Below, one piece after another: positions 8,258 to 16,021 of a DNA stretch of 18,627 nt (positions within the stretch are counted from its first letter, which is position 1; each line of letters opens with the position of its first letter). The notes beneath the pieces are model-generated. The model did not search any database, was not told where the DNA came from, and was given only the letters and a program-made list of their open reading frames with translations. The position numbers and the translations under genes were made by a program. Source of the DNA: Promethearchaeota archaeon (lineage in GTDB: Archaea > Asgardarchaeota > Lokiarchaeia > Sigyniarchaeales > SOKP01); contig JAHPZI010000016.1 in NCBI GenBank assembly GCA_019058295.1, forward strand, positions 39,294 through 57,920, read 5' to 3'.

Positions 8258-8740
8258 TTGAATGCAAAAATCCGACGAATCCTTGTAGTCTGTAGCGGAA
8301 ACACTGCCAGAAGCCCTGCTGGAGAATATCTTGGAAAATATTATGCAAAAAAATATAATGCTGATTTAAAGTTTGATTCTTGTGGTTTTTTTAATGCATT
8401 TAGTTATATGCAACCTGAATCTCGAGAATATTTAAGTTCAAAAGGAATAGATCCCTCCGGTTTCAATCCAAAGACAATAAATAAAAAATTATTACAAGAA
8501 AATGATCTAATTATTACAATGGAGCAGTACCATATAGAGCAAATAAAAAGCAATTTTCAGAATATTGAAGAAATAAATAGTAAGAGTTTTACGCTGAAAG
8601 AGTTTAATGGAGGTAAAGGAGATATTATGGATCCATATTATACGAATAAAGAAACCTATATGAGAGTTATGAAAGAACTCGATAAAAATATTGATAAATT
8701 AGTCAAAAAAATTATTGAGATGAATAAAAAAAAAATATAA
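8258..8740 (+). CDS. Low-molecular-weight protein phosphatase (LMW-PTP fold), copy 2
   Basis: P-loop ILVVCSGNTARSPAGE, DLIITME..H, IMDPYY; TTG start 18 nt after copy 1. Confidence 0.9.
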   Translation: MNAKIRRILVVCSGNTARSPAGEYLGKYYAKKYNADLKFDSCGFFNAFSYMQPESREYLSSKGIDPSGFNPKTINKKLLQENDLIITMEQYHIEQIKSNFQNIEEINSKSFTLKEFNGGKGDIMDPYYTNKETYMRVMKELDKNIDKLVKKIIEMNKKKI

Positions 8741-8766
8741 ATATCACTTTTTAGATTACATTTCTA

Positions 8767-9309
8767 ATGAATAAAATCATTTTCAATAATACTGATATAG
8801 AATTAATCATCAATGAAATCGTTGATACAGAATTAGATGCCATCGTAATACCATCAAATAGCCGACTTCTCCCATCAGGGACTCTAAGATGTAAGATATT
8901 ACGAAGAGCAGGTCCCAAAATACAAATTGAATGCAATAGAATAATAAACAAGGTTGCTAACATTCCAATTGGTAAAGCGGTGATGACTATGGGAGGTGAT
9001 TTAAAAGCAAGCCGCATTATTCATGTGGTAGGACCTAGATTTGGGAAAAGTGCGTCAAAACAATTAATGTTAGCAACATGGAATTCGTTAAGAATTGGAG
9101 ATGAGGCAAGTTTAAGATCTTTGGCATTTACTCCCATTTCAATTGAAAATCTTGGATTTAATACAAAAATATGCGCCGAAGTAATGCTTCCAACTATGAA
9201 AAAATATGTATTAGAAAAAAACAAGAACTTGAAAAAAATTGCAATTTATCTTAAAGATCTACCTGAATATAAAGATTTTGAGAATGTTCTTGATGGCTTG
9301 GTAGCTTAG
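8767..9309 (+). CDS. Macrodomain (MacroD/AF1521-like) protein with degenerate ADP-ribose-binding motifs
   Basis: DAIVIPSN, RRAGPKIQIEC, IPIGKAVMTMGGDLKASRIIHVVGP and SLAFTPIS match the macro fold; the canonical GDIT, NAAN, GGGV and STGIFG motifs are altered. Confidence 0.85.
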   Translation: MNKIIFNNTDIELIINEIVDTELDAIVIPSNSRLLPSGTLRCKILRRAGPKIQIECNRIINKVANIPIGKAVMTMGGDLKASRIIHVVGPRFGKSASKQLMLATWNSLRIGDEASLRSLAFTPISIENLGFNTKICAEVMLPTMKKYVLEKNKNLKKIAIYLKDLPEYKDFENVLDGLVA

Positions 9310-9359
9310 TTTTATCCTAAAATTTATTGATTTTATTCTTAAATTATTATTAATTTTGA

Positions 9360-9372
9360 ATTAAGTTTTTAA
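9360..9372 (+). promoter_or_regulatory. Candidate BRE/TATA-like promoter element
   Basis: ATTAAGTTTTTAA occurs here and at 15412-15424, each about 77-80 nt upstream of a + strand start. Confidence 0.3.
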
Positions 9373-9448
9373 TAAATTCCTTTTTCTTATTAGTTAGATA
9401 CGAATAATAATAACTCAACATAATATTGCGAAAATTAGGGGAAACTTT

Positions 9449-9973
9449 TTGGGAGATATAAATATTGATGAATTAAATAAGAAAATAAATAATCCAAAAA
9501 AGGACTTTGCCTCACTTAAAGGTTTTGAAATCATCGCTGAAAACCTGGTATATAAAATCTACGATCTTTTCGGAAGAAACGCTTTGCTTTCAATGCTTTA
9601 TCAGATCGGGAAGGGAACCGGAGAAACTATTTCAAAAAGAATAAAAGAAAAATATGGAAAGGATGTATTTGAAATAGACGAAGCATTACAAATTCTGTTG
9701 AAAGAATTAAAAAATTATTATTCTGTTCAAATAAAAGACATTGAAGTGAGCAAGGACAAAATTCGACTTATAATTGAGAACCGATGTTTTCTCCGCGACC
9801 CTATTAAAGATCGAGAAAGATTAAAGTTAGGAAAGGCATTTTGTAGAATTAATAAAGGTTATTTTGAGACCGCATTCACAGATTTGACTAAGATTAAAAA
9901 AGTCGATATAAATTATTTAGAAAACGACGAAGAGAAAGATGTATGCATAGAAGAGCTGGTTTTTTACTTTTAA
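9449..9973 (+). CDS. V4R (Bet3/TRAPP-HNOX superfamily) domain protein
   Basis: LYQIGKGTGETI helix, then RCF, FCRINKGYFETAF and VCIEEL, the typical V4R spacing of Cys residues; TTG start after AGGGG. Confidence 0.7.
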   Translation: MGDINIDELNKKINNPKKDFASLKGFEIIAENLVYKIYDLFGRNALLSMLYQIGKGTGETISKRIKEKYGKDVFEIDEALQILLKELKNYYSVQIKDIEVSKDKIRLIIENRCFLRDPIKDRERLKLGKAFCRINKGYFETAFTDLTKIKKVDINYLENDEEKDVCIEELVFYF

Positions 9974-10069
9974 AAGATTGAAACTAATCCTAATTTTCTT
10001 AAAAAGTATTTTTCTTTTCAAAAGAGTAGAAGAAACGTTAAAAATAGAGAAATAATTAATTTTTACTAA

Positions 10070-11119
10070 TTAAATCCAAGGAGTAATATCTAAGGTTTGT
10101 ATCCAGGGACGAGGTAAATCTAATAATTCGGGATAGAATTTGTTAATTTCCGCTATAGCACATATATAGCCAGTAAGCTTATGAGCAGATTTATAAGTAC
10201 TGAATAAAAATTCCTTGTCATTAATCTTTTCTATAATATAATCGAGATACTTAATCAAAGATGCTTGGATATCTTCCTTTCGATACCCTTTAGTCTGCTC
10301 ACAGCATCTAGTCATAAAAAAAATTGCATCCAAATCAATACAATAAGAGAAATCTTTATGCCATGTGCCCTTTTCATTTTGGAGCAAGAGAGTAGCATCA
10401 ATGGCATTTTCTGGATAAGGAAATGGATGCTTAAAAAATTCATAAATCCAGTGATAATGAACAGCACCGCCTAATTCTTGTTTAGTAAGTCGATTTTTCT
10501 TAATTTTATGGATCCATCCGATCCTCCAAAACCCAATCTCCGGATCTGCTTTTTTATCTAACCAATTAAAATACCAATCAAAAAATCTTTCATGAGGATA
10601 ATGATCAGGACCAAGAGTTGCGAATACTGAACCAATACCTCCTCCTCTATGAGAACCACTCCAATACATCAGGCCCCATTCTGGCTTAGTTCTTAGCCAT
10701 TTTTCAACTTTTTTTTGAGTATTTAATTTCTTTTTGATTGCTAAATCATAATTAGGTTTTGCATCTAACAGTTTAAGTGTTGATATTGCAAAAGCTGTGC
10801 TATGTTCTTTAAAATGAAATCCATAATTAATGAATCCTTCTTTAAACCAGCCTGTTTTTGGATTTTGATAAGAATGTATGCGTTTTATCCATTCTTCAAT
10901 ATTCTCATCATTGTGATTTGCGAGATATCTCTCTAATTCACCAGGTATTACTAAATTATAAACCATATCGCACACGCCATATAACGATGGTTTCTTGGAG
11001 TTGCATTTTACCGAAAAATTACCTGGATCATTATCAATTCTAAAAGAATCAATCCATTCATGAAGATTTTTTAGAAAAGGGTCTAAATTATATTTTTTCG
11101 TGTAATTTTTTTGAGCCAT
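10070..11119 (-). CDS. Hypothetical protein with prenyltransferase/squalene-cyclase-like (alpha/alpha toroid) repeats
   Basis: QW-like motifs YQNPKTGWF, ADPEIGFW and LQNEKGTW; SLYG, STAFAISTLKLL, CIDLD. Confidence 0.5.
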   Translation of the reverse strand: MAQKNYTKKYNLDPFLKNLHEWIDSFRIDNDPGNFSVKCNSKKPSLYGVCDMVYNLVIPGELERYLANHNDENIEEWIKRIHSYQNPKTGWFKEGFINYGFHFKEHSTAFAISTLKLLDAKPNYDLAIKKKLNTQKKVEKWLRTKPEWGLMYWSGSHRGGGIGSVFATLGPDHYPHERFFDWYFNWLDKKADPEIGFWRIGWIHKIKKNRLTKQELGGAVHYHWIYEFFKHPFPYPENAIDATLLLQNEKGTWHKDFSYCIDLDAIFFMTRCCEQTKGYRKEDIQASLIKYLDYIIEKINDKEFLFSTYKSAHKLTGYICAIAEINKFYPELLDLPRPWIQTLDITPWI

Positions 11120-11192
11120 TCTAAATTTATTTAGACAATCTATATTATTTTAATAATTAGGAATTAATCAAATTCAATAAATATTAAAAAAC

Positions 11193-12278
11193 TTATAATT
11201 TTAAGGCATTGATTAATTCGGTCTCGTCAATAAAGCCTATTATATTTTGATCATATCTTTCCTTAACAACTGCTATATTAGGCTTTTTATCCATTTGTGT
11301 TAGTATTTTCATTACATCTTTTCCGGATTCTTCATCAAAAACAATTGGAAATTCTGAGATCTTTTTTGCGATATCTCCCACAATAAACTCTGTTTGTTTT
11401 TCAATTGGAATTTGTTTAATATCATCCAAGTGAAGTATACCAACAAATTCACCAGCATCTACAACTGGGAAGTAATACTGATTAAAAGCCATAAAATAAT
11501 ATTTTATTGCATCAATTAATGGCAATTCATACGGTAGCACAAATTTTTGAGCGAGAATATCTCTTACAATGATATTAGATAACTTTACTTCACTTTTAGT
11601 TTGATAATACGATCTCCTTGCTGCCGAACTTAAAATAAATCCCATTAAAATAAGCCACATTCCTCCAAAATCTCCAAGAAAAATCCATTGAATGAATCCT
11701 AAAACCACAAGTGAATAACTAAAAAAAATTCCTACTTTTGATGCTACTTTTGTGGCAGATAAGAGATCTTTCTTTCTACTCCAAAGAAAGCTTCTTAAAA
11801 CTCGTCCTCCGTCCATCGGAAAAGCAGGAAGCAAATTAAAAATCCCTAACCCAATATTTGTGATTCCTGAATAAAATAAAATAACCAATACAAATGCGGG
11901 TAAAGGAATTGGGAGAAATAGGAAGATTAAAAGCAAAGCTCCCAATATAAAAGATGACAAGGGACCAACAATTGAAATCTTAAATTCACTCTTTGGAGTT
12001 TTAGGTTCTTCTTCCATTTTTGAAACGCCACCAAATAAATTCAATTCAATCTCGGATACTTTTAAACCATATCGTAGTGCCATAAGGGAGTGACTAAGCT
12101 CATGGATTAAGATCGAAAAAATAATTATAATACCATTAATTACTCCAACCAAAATAAGCTCCCAAATCGATGCGTCAGGGATTAAACTTGAATAAAATGT
12201 TGCTGAATAAAAACCAACCAATGCTACGATTAAAAGCGTCGAAAAATGAAGTTTTATTTTAATCCCTTTTATCTTCAT
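11193..12278 (-). CDS. Site-2 protease (peptidase M50) with C-terminal CBS pair
   Basis: HELSH zinc motif, FGGV, GPLSS, FNLLPAFPMDGGRV; CBS-like C-terminus (FPVVDAGEFVGILHLDDI). Confidence 0.93.
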   Translation of the reverse strand: MKIKGIKIKLHFSTLLIVALVGFYSATFYSSLIPDASIWELILVGVINGIIIIFSILIHELSHSLMALRYGLKVSEIELNLFGGVSKMEEEPKTPKSEFKISIVGPLSSFILGALLLIFLFLPIPLPAFVLVILFYSGITNIGLGIFNLLPAFPMDGGRVLRSFLWSRKKDLLSATKVASKVGIFFSYSLVVLGFIQWIFLGDFGGMWLILMGFILSSAARRSYYQTKSEVKLSNIIVRDILAQKFVLPYELPLIDAIKYYFMAFNQYYFPVVDAGEFVGILHLDDIKQIPIEKQTEFIVGDIAKKISEFPIVFDEESGKDVMKILTQMDKKPNIAVVKERYDQNIIGFIDETELINALKL

Positions 12279-12477
12279 AGTTTTAATTTATGTTATTTTT
12301 TCTTGTATGCTATTTAACTAAATAAGAACATTTATTTCTATTGGATTAATAAAATAATATTTCAATTAATTTTTATTATATTTTAGAATTTTCGTGTCAA
12401 AAATTAAAAAAAAAAAATTATTATTTAGCATATCAATAAAAAAAAATAATTAAATCAAAATAAAAAGTTGAAAAATT

Positions 12478-13653
12478 ATGGCTGAAATAAAGAATGTATT
12501 AGTATTAGGCACCGGATTAATGGGTAATGGGATTGGACAAGTTGCGTTAATGGCCGGCTATAATGTGATTTTAGTCGACATCGTTGAGGAAGCTCTTAAT
12601 AAAGCCGTTGCTGATATCGAAGAAGGATTAAAAAAACTCGAAGCTAAAGGTAAATTAGGAGAGGGTGAAACTGCGTCTAGTGTTATAGCAAAATGTTCAA
12701 AATCCACAGATTTAGCTTCTGCGGTAAAAAACGCTGATATTGTTATTGAGGCTGTTATCGAAAAGATGAGTGTCAAAAAAGATGTCTGTAAAACTACAAT
12801 GGATAATGGACCCGCTCATATTATTTTTGCCTCAAATACTTCTACAATGAGCATCACTGAAATTGGCAAGGATTGTGGTGCTTCAGAGAGAGTTTGTGGA
12901 ATGCATTTTTTCAATCCAGTTCCATTAATGAGATGTATTGAAGTCATTAAAAGTGCTGATACTTCTGATGATACATTTAACACTGCTATGGATGTTGCTA
13001 ACAAATTACCATGTCTTAGAGGTAAACGTTATATCGCCCCTGTCCTAAAGGATAGACCTGGTTTTATCGTAAATCGAATGAATGCTCCAGTTCAGATTTA
13101 TATGAGTTATCTTTTTGATAAAGCTGCCGAGCAAGGCATCACATGGGAACAAATTGATGCTGATGGAGGAAGTTTAATGCCTATGGGCCCATGTGAATTA
13201 ACTGACTATGTTGGTTTAGATACTATGCATCATGTAATGGAGTATTACGCAGAAACTCTTTCTCCTGATTTTAAACCGGGAAAGGTTATCTCTGAAATGG
13301 TCGCAGCAGGTAATTTAGGAAGGAAAACTGGTAAAGGATTTTTTGATTGGAGTGGTGGTAGACCAAAAATCGACAAATCAAAGAAAGCGGGAATTTTTAA
13401 TCTAGAAAACACAATGGCAATTCTATTAAATGAAGGATGTCGTATTTTAGAAGAGGGAGTTGCTACTGGTTTTAAAACAATAGATGATGCAAATATGGCG
13501 GGCATGAACACACCTGGTCCATTTAGTGCTGGAAAAAAGAACTATGAGAAGTGGGCAGGATTATTAGAAAAACTAGCGGATGAGACTGGAAAAGAATATT
13601 TAAAACCATGCGAATTAATGAAATCTGGTGGCTTCGTTAAGATGCGTAAATAA
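12478..13653 (+). CDS. 3-hydroxyacyl-CoA dehydrogenase (NAD-binding domain plus duplicated C-terminal domain)
   Basis: GTGLMGNGI, EAVIE, ASNTST, GMHFFNP, PGFIVNR, PMGP..L.D.VGLD, LGRKTGKGF; second C-terminal domain LNEGCRILEEGVA...PGPF. Confidence 0.95.
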   Translation: MAEIKNVLVLGTGLMGNGIGQVALMAGYNVILVDIVEEALNKAVADIEEGLKKLEAKGKLGEGETASSVIAKCSKSTDLASAVKNADIVIEAVIEKMSVKKDVCKTTMDNGPAHIIFASNTSTMSITEIGKDCGASERVCGMHFFNPVPLMRCIEVIKSADTSDDTFNTAMDVANKLPCLRGKRYIAPVLKDRPGFIVNRMNAPVQIYMSYLFDKAAEQGITWEQIDADGGSLMPMGPCELTDYVGLDTMHHVMEYYAETLSPDFKPGKVISEMVAAGNLGRKTGKGFFDWSGGRPKIDKSKKAGIFNLENTMAILLNEGCRILEEGVATGFKTIDDANMAGMNTPGPFSAGKKNYEKWAGLLEKLADETGKEYLKPCELMKSGGFVKMRK

Positions 13654-13678
13654 GATTTTCAAAAAAATTTATCTTATC

Positions 13679-13687
13679 TTTTTTTTT
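13679..13687 (+). terminator. Oligo-T tract
   Basis: T9 about 25 nt after the stop at 13653. Confidence 0.35.
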
Positions 13688-13742
13688 ATACTAAATATCC
13701 ATAAAAAACAAAATTAAAAAAAAATAAAATAGGTATTTTAAA

Positions 13743-14687
13743 ATGGCTGAATTTGAACATTTAAAAATCGAATGGCCTACACAAGTCAATGACCAAGGCG
13801 AAGTTCTTCGAGAGGGGACAATTGATGGAAATTATGCTGTTATTTCAATCAACCGCCCTGATAGATTAAATGCATTAACCGAACAAACAGTCTCTGAAAT
13901 TGCTAAAGCATTGAGGATAATGGAAACTGATGGTTCTGTACGTGCTGTCGTGATACGAGGAACTAAAGAGATCACAAAAAAGCCTGCCTTTTCAGCAGGT
14001 GCGGACTTGGCAGCAGCATTCTCCCCAGGATTAAGACCTAACATACCAATGCATATGGCAATCGCAATGAGAATACGACATCGTGAATATGATGAATTCG
14101 AACAATTTTCTAAACCATTAATTGCTGCTGTTGACGGTTTTGCCCTAGGTGGGGGTTGCGAAATAGTTTTATGCTGCGACCTTGTTATTGCATCAGATCG
14201 GGCGCTTTTTGGGCTTCCTGAAATAAATCGAGGTATTTTTCCAGCTAATGGAGGTATTACTAGAATGGCAGCTAGAATTGGTGTTAATAGAGCATTAAAA
14301 ATGGCTATGTTTGGTGACCCTATTGATGCTAAAACAGCGCTAGATTGGGGATTAGCTGCTTGGGTGGCACCAGCGGGCGAAGAGTTCGAAAAACTTGTCC
14401 ACGAGAAAGCTAAATGGCTTGGTGCTGCACCAACGACTGCTTTATATGTAATTAAGAAATGTGTTAAGTTTGGATCACGATATCAGGAATTAGGGTGCAT
14501 GATGGAACAGCTAGGATTTGGAGTTAATAGTGCCAGTTTTGATGCCAAAGAAGGTATAATGGCTTTTAATAGAAAAGTCAAATGTCCAAAGTGTGGTGGC
14601 AAGGGAAAATTCGAAGATGGCACAAAATGTGATATGTGTGGAGGAAGAAGGAAAATAAAAGACTCTCCGCACTTCAAAGGCATATAA
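13743..14687 (+). CDS. Enoyl-CoA hydratase/crotonase with a C-terminal CxxCxGxG zinc-finger insert
   Basis: NRPDRLNAL, AFSAGADL, KPLIAAVDGFALGGGCE and FGLPEINRG (both catalytic Glu present); tail CPKCGGKG..CDMCGG. Confidence 0.93.
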   Translation: MAEFEHLKIEWPTQVNDQGEVLREGTIDGNYAVISINRPDRLNALTEQTVSEIAKALRIMETDGSVRAVVIRGTKEITKKPAFSAGADLAAAFSPGLRPNIPMHMAIAMRIRHREYDEFEQFSKPLIAAVDGFALGGGCEIVLCCDLVIASDRALFGLPEINRGIFPANGGITRMAARIGVNRALKMAMFGDPIDAKTALDWGLAAWVAPAGEEFEKLVHEKAKWLGAAPTTALYVIKKCVKFGSRYQELGCMMEQLGFGVNSASFDAKEGIMAFNRKVKCPKCGGKGKFEDGTKCDMCGGRRKIKDSPHFKGI

Positions 14688-14703
14688 ATTAATTATTAAT
14701 CAA

Positions 14704-14722
14704 TTTTTTTTCATTTTTTTTT
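14704..14722 (+). terminator. Double oligo-T tract
   Basis: T8-CA-T9 starting 17 nt after the stop at 14687. Confidence 0.45.
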
Positions 14723-14820
14723 AGTTTAATTCTATTCGATTCAATTCTTTTTATTTACCCATCTCAACAAATATTCTTTTCAAAATAATTAAATATAACT
14801 TCTTTTTTTAGAATAGTTGA

Positions 14821-15369
14821 ATGCATAATAGAGAGATAATTGAAGAAATTAACGCTCAAAAGCTTTATTTAAGAAAAATTTCTTTAAGCGATTCTGAATT
14901 CTTTTTTGCCTCATTAAAAGAGGAAGCAGTATCTAAGTTTTTATCATTGGGTCCCTTGACTTCAAAAGATCATTCGAAAAAATTATTAAAAAATTATTTA
15001 AAATATTGGAATAAAAACACTCAATTCAATTATATAATAGAAATAAGAATTGACGATAATATTAAGAAAATAGGTTCTATTAGCATTTGGAATATAAGTT
15101 GGTTGCATAAAAGAGCCGAAATAGGTATATGGATAAATCCAAAATATTGGTCGATGGGTTTTTCGAAAAAAGCTTTAAATATGATAAAACTTGTAGCGTT
15201 TAATCACTTAAAATTACACCGTCTTGAAGCTCATATTGCAGTTGATAATAAAAAATCTATAAATCTATTTATGAAATGTGGCTTTATTAAGGAAGGCATT
15301 CTGAAGGAATATCTGAATTTAAAAGGAAATTATTACGACGCTGTCATTTTAGCTATATTAAAAAAATGA
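14821..15369 (+). CDS. GNAT N-acetyltransferase, RimJ/RimL family
   Basis: LYLRKI, IGSISI, AEIGIWINPKYWSMG, LHRLEA..AVDNKKS..L..KCGF.KEGILK. Confidence 0.9.
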   Translation: MHNREIIEEINAQKLYLRKISLSDSEFFFASLKEEAVSKFLSLGPLTSKDHSKKLLKNYLKYWNKNTQFNYIIEIRIDDNIKKIGSISIWNISWLHKRAEIGIWINPKYWSMGFSKKALNMIKLVAFNHLKLHRLEAHIAVDNKKSINLFMKCGFIKEGILKEYLNLKGNYYDAVILAILKK

Positions 15370-15503
15370 AAGCTATATTAATATTTTGAAAATAATGTAA
15401 GTTTCTAAAATATTAAGTTTTTAAATTATTATAGTAATATTGATATATAAAAATAATATTAATTTAATATTAATTCAAAAACTGATAAAAAAAGGTAGTA
15501 TCT

Positions 15504-15827
15504 ATGGCAAGAAGTGGTGATGTATCACATCCTGGTTTAGTAAGATTATTAGCTGGAGTTGGAGCAGTAATCCTAATAATTTTAGCAATAATTCGTTTTA
15601 TAGGATTTAGCCTTATGGGAATTGTATGGGGTATACTATTATTACTTGTAGGATTAGTTATTTTAATAAGTTGTTTCGGTTCATATAAAAGTGATATACC
15701 CTTTAATGCTGCTTTTATAATAATAATGGGTATTGTAGCGATAGTAATTGGTTATCTGGGTTTTGGCCTTATTGGACTAATTGCTGGAATTTTAGTTCTT
15801 GTTGCTGGAATTATTGGAGTATTATAA
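15504..15827 (+). CDS. Small Gly-rich membrane protein (about 4 TM), unknown function
   Basis: Four hydrophobic segments; AAAGGT upstream and a T12 tract downstream. Confidence 0.75.
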   Translation: MARSGDVSHPGLVRLLAGVGAVILIILAIIRFIGFSLMGIVWGILLLLVGLVILISCFGSYKSDIPFNAAFIIIMGIVAIVIGYLGFGLIGLIAGILVLVAGIIGVL

Positions 15828-15839
15828 ATTACAAATTTC

Positions 15840-15851
15840 TTTTTTTTTTTT
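15840..15851 (+). terminator. Oligo-T tract
   Basis: T12 starting 13 nt after the stop at 15827. Confidence 0.5.
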
Positions 15852-16021
15852 ATTTTAACTTTTAATTAAAGTTATTATACGGTTAAACTAAGATCAAGAG
15901 ATTCAATTAAACCTTTAAATATCTTTAAGTTAATCCTGATTAATAATAAAAAAAAAGATTTAAAAAATAATGCAAAATCCATGGGTTATTTGGACAATAT
16001 TCTCCAGAACCGTTCATTTCG

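Noticed and set aside
7739-8740. Arsenate reductase (arsC) annotation
   Set aside because: The resolving Cys pair is missing and no ars genes are nearby.
2583-12278. Site-1 (S8) plus site-2 (M50) protease pair as a SREBP-like cascade
   Set aside because: The genes are more than 7 kb apart with unrelated genes between them, the S8 lacks a signal peptide, and M50-CBS proteases are widespread.
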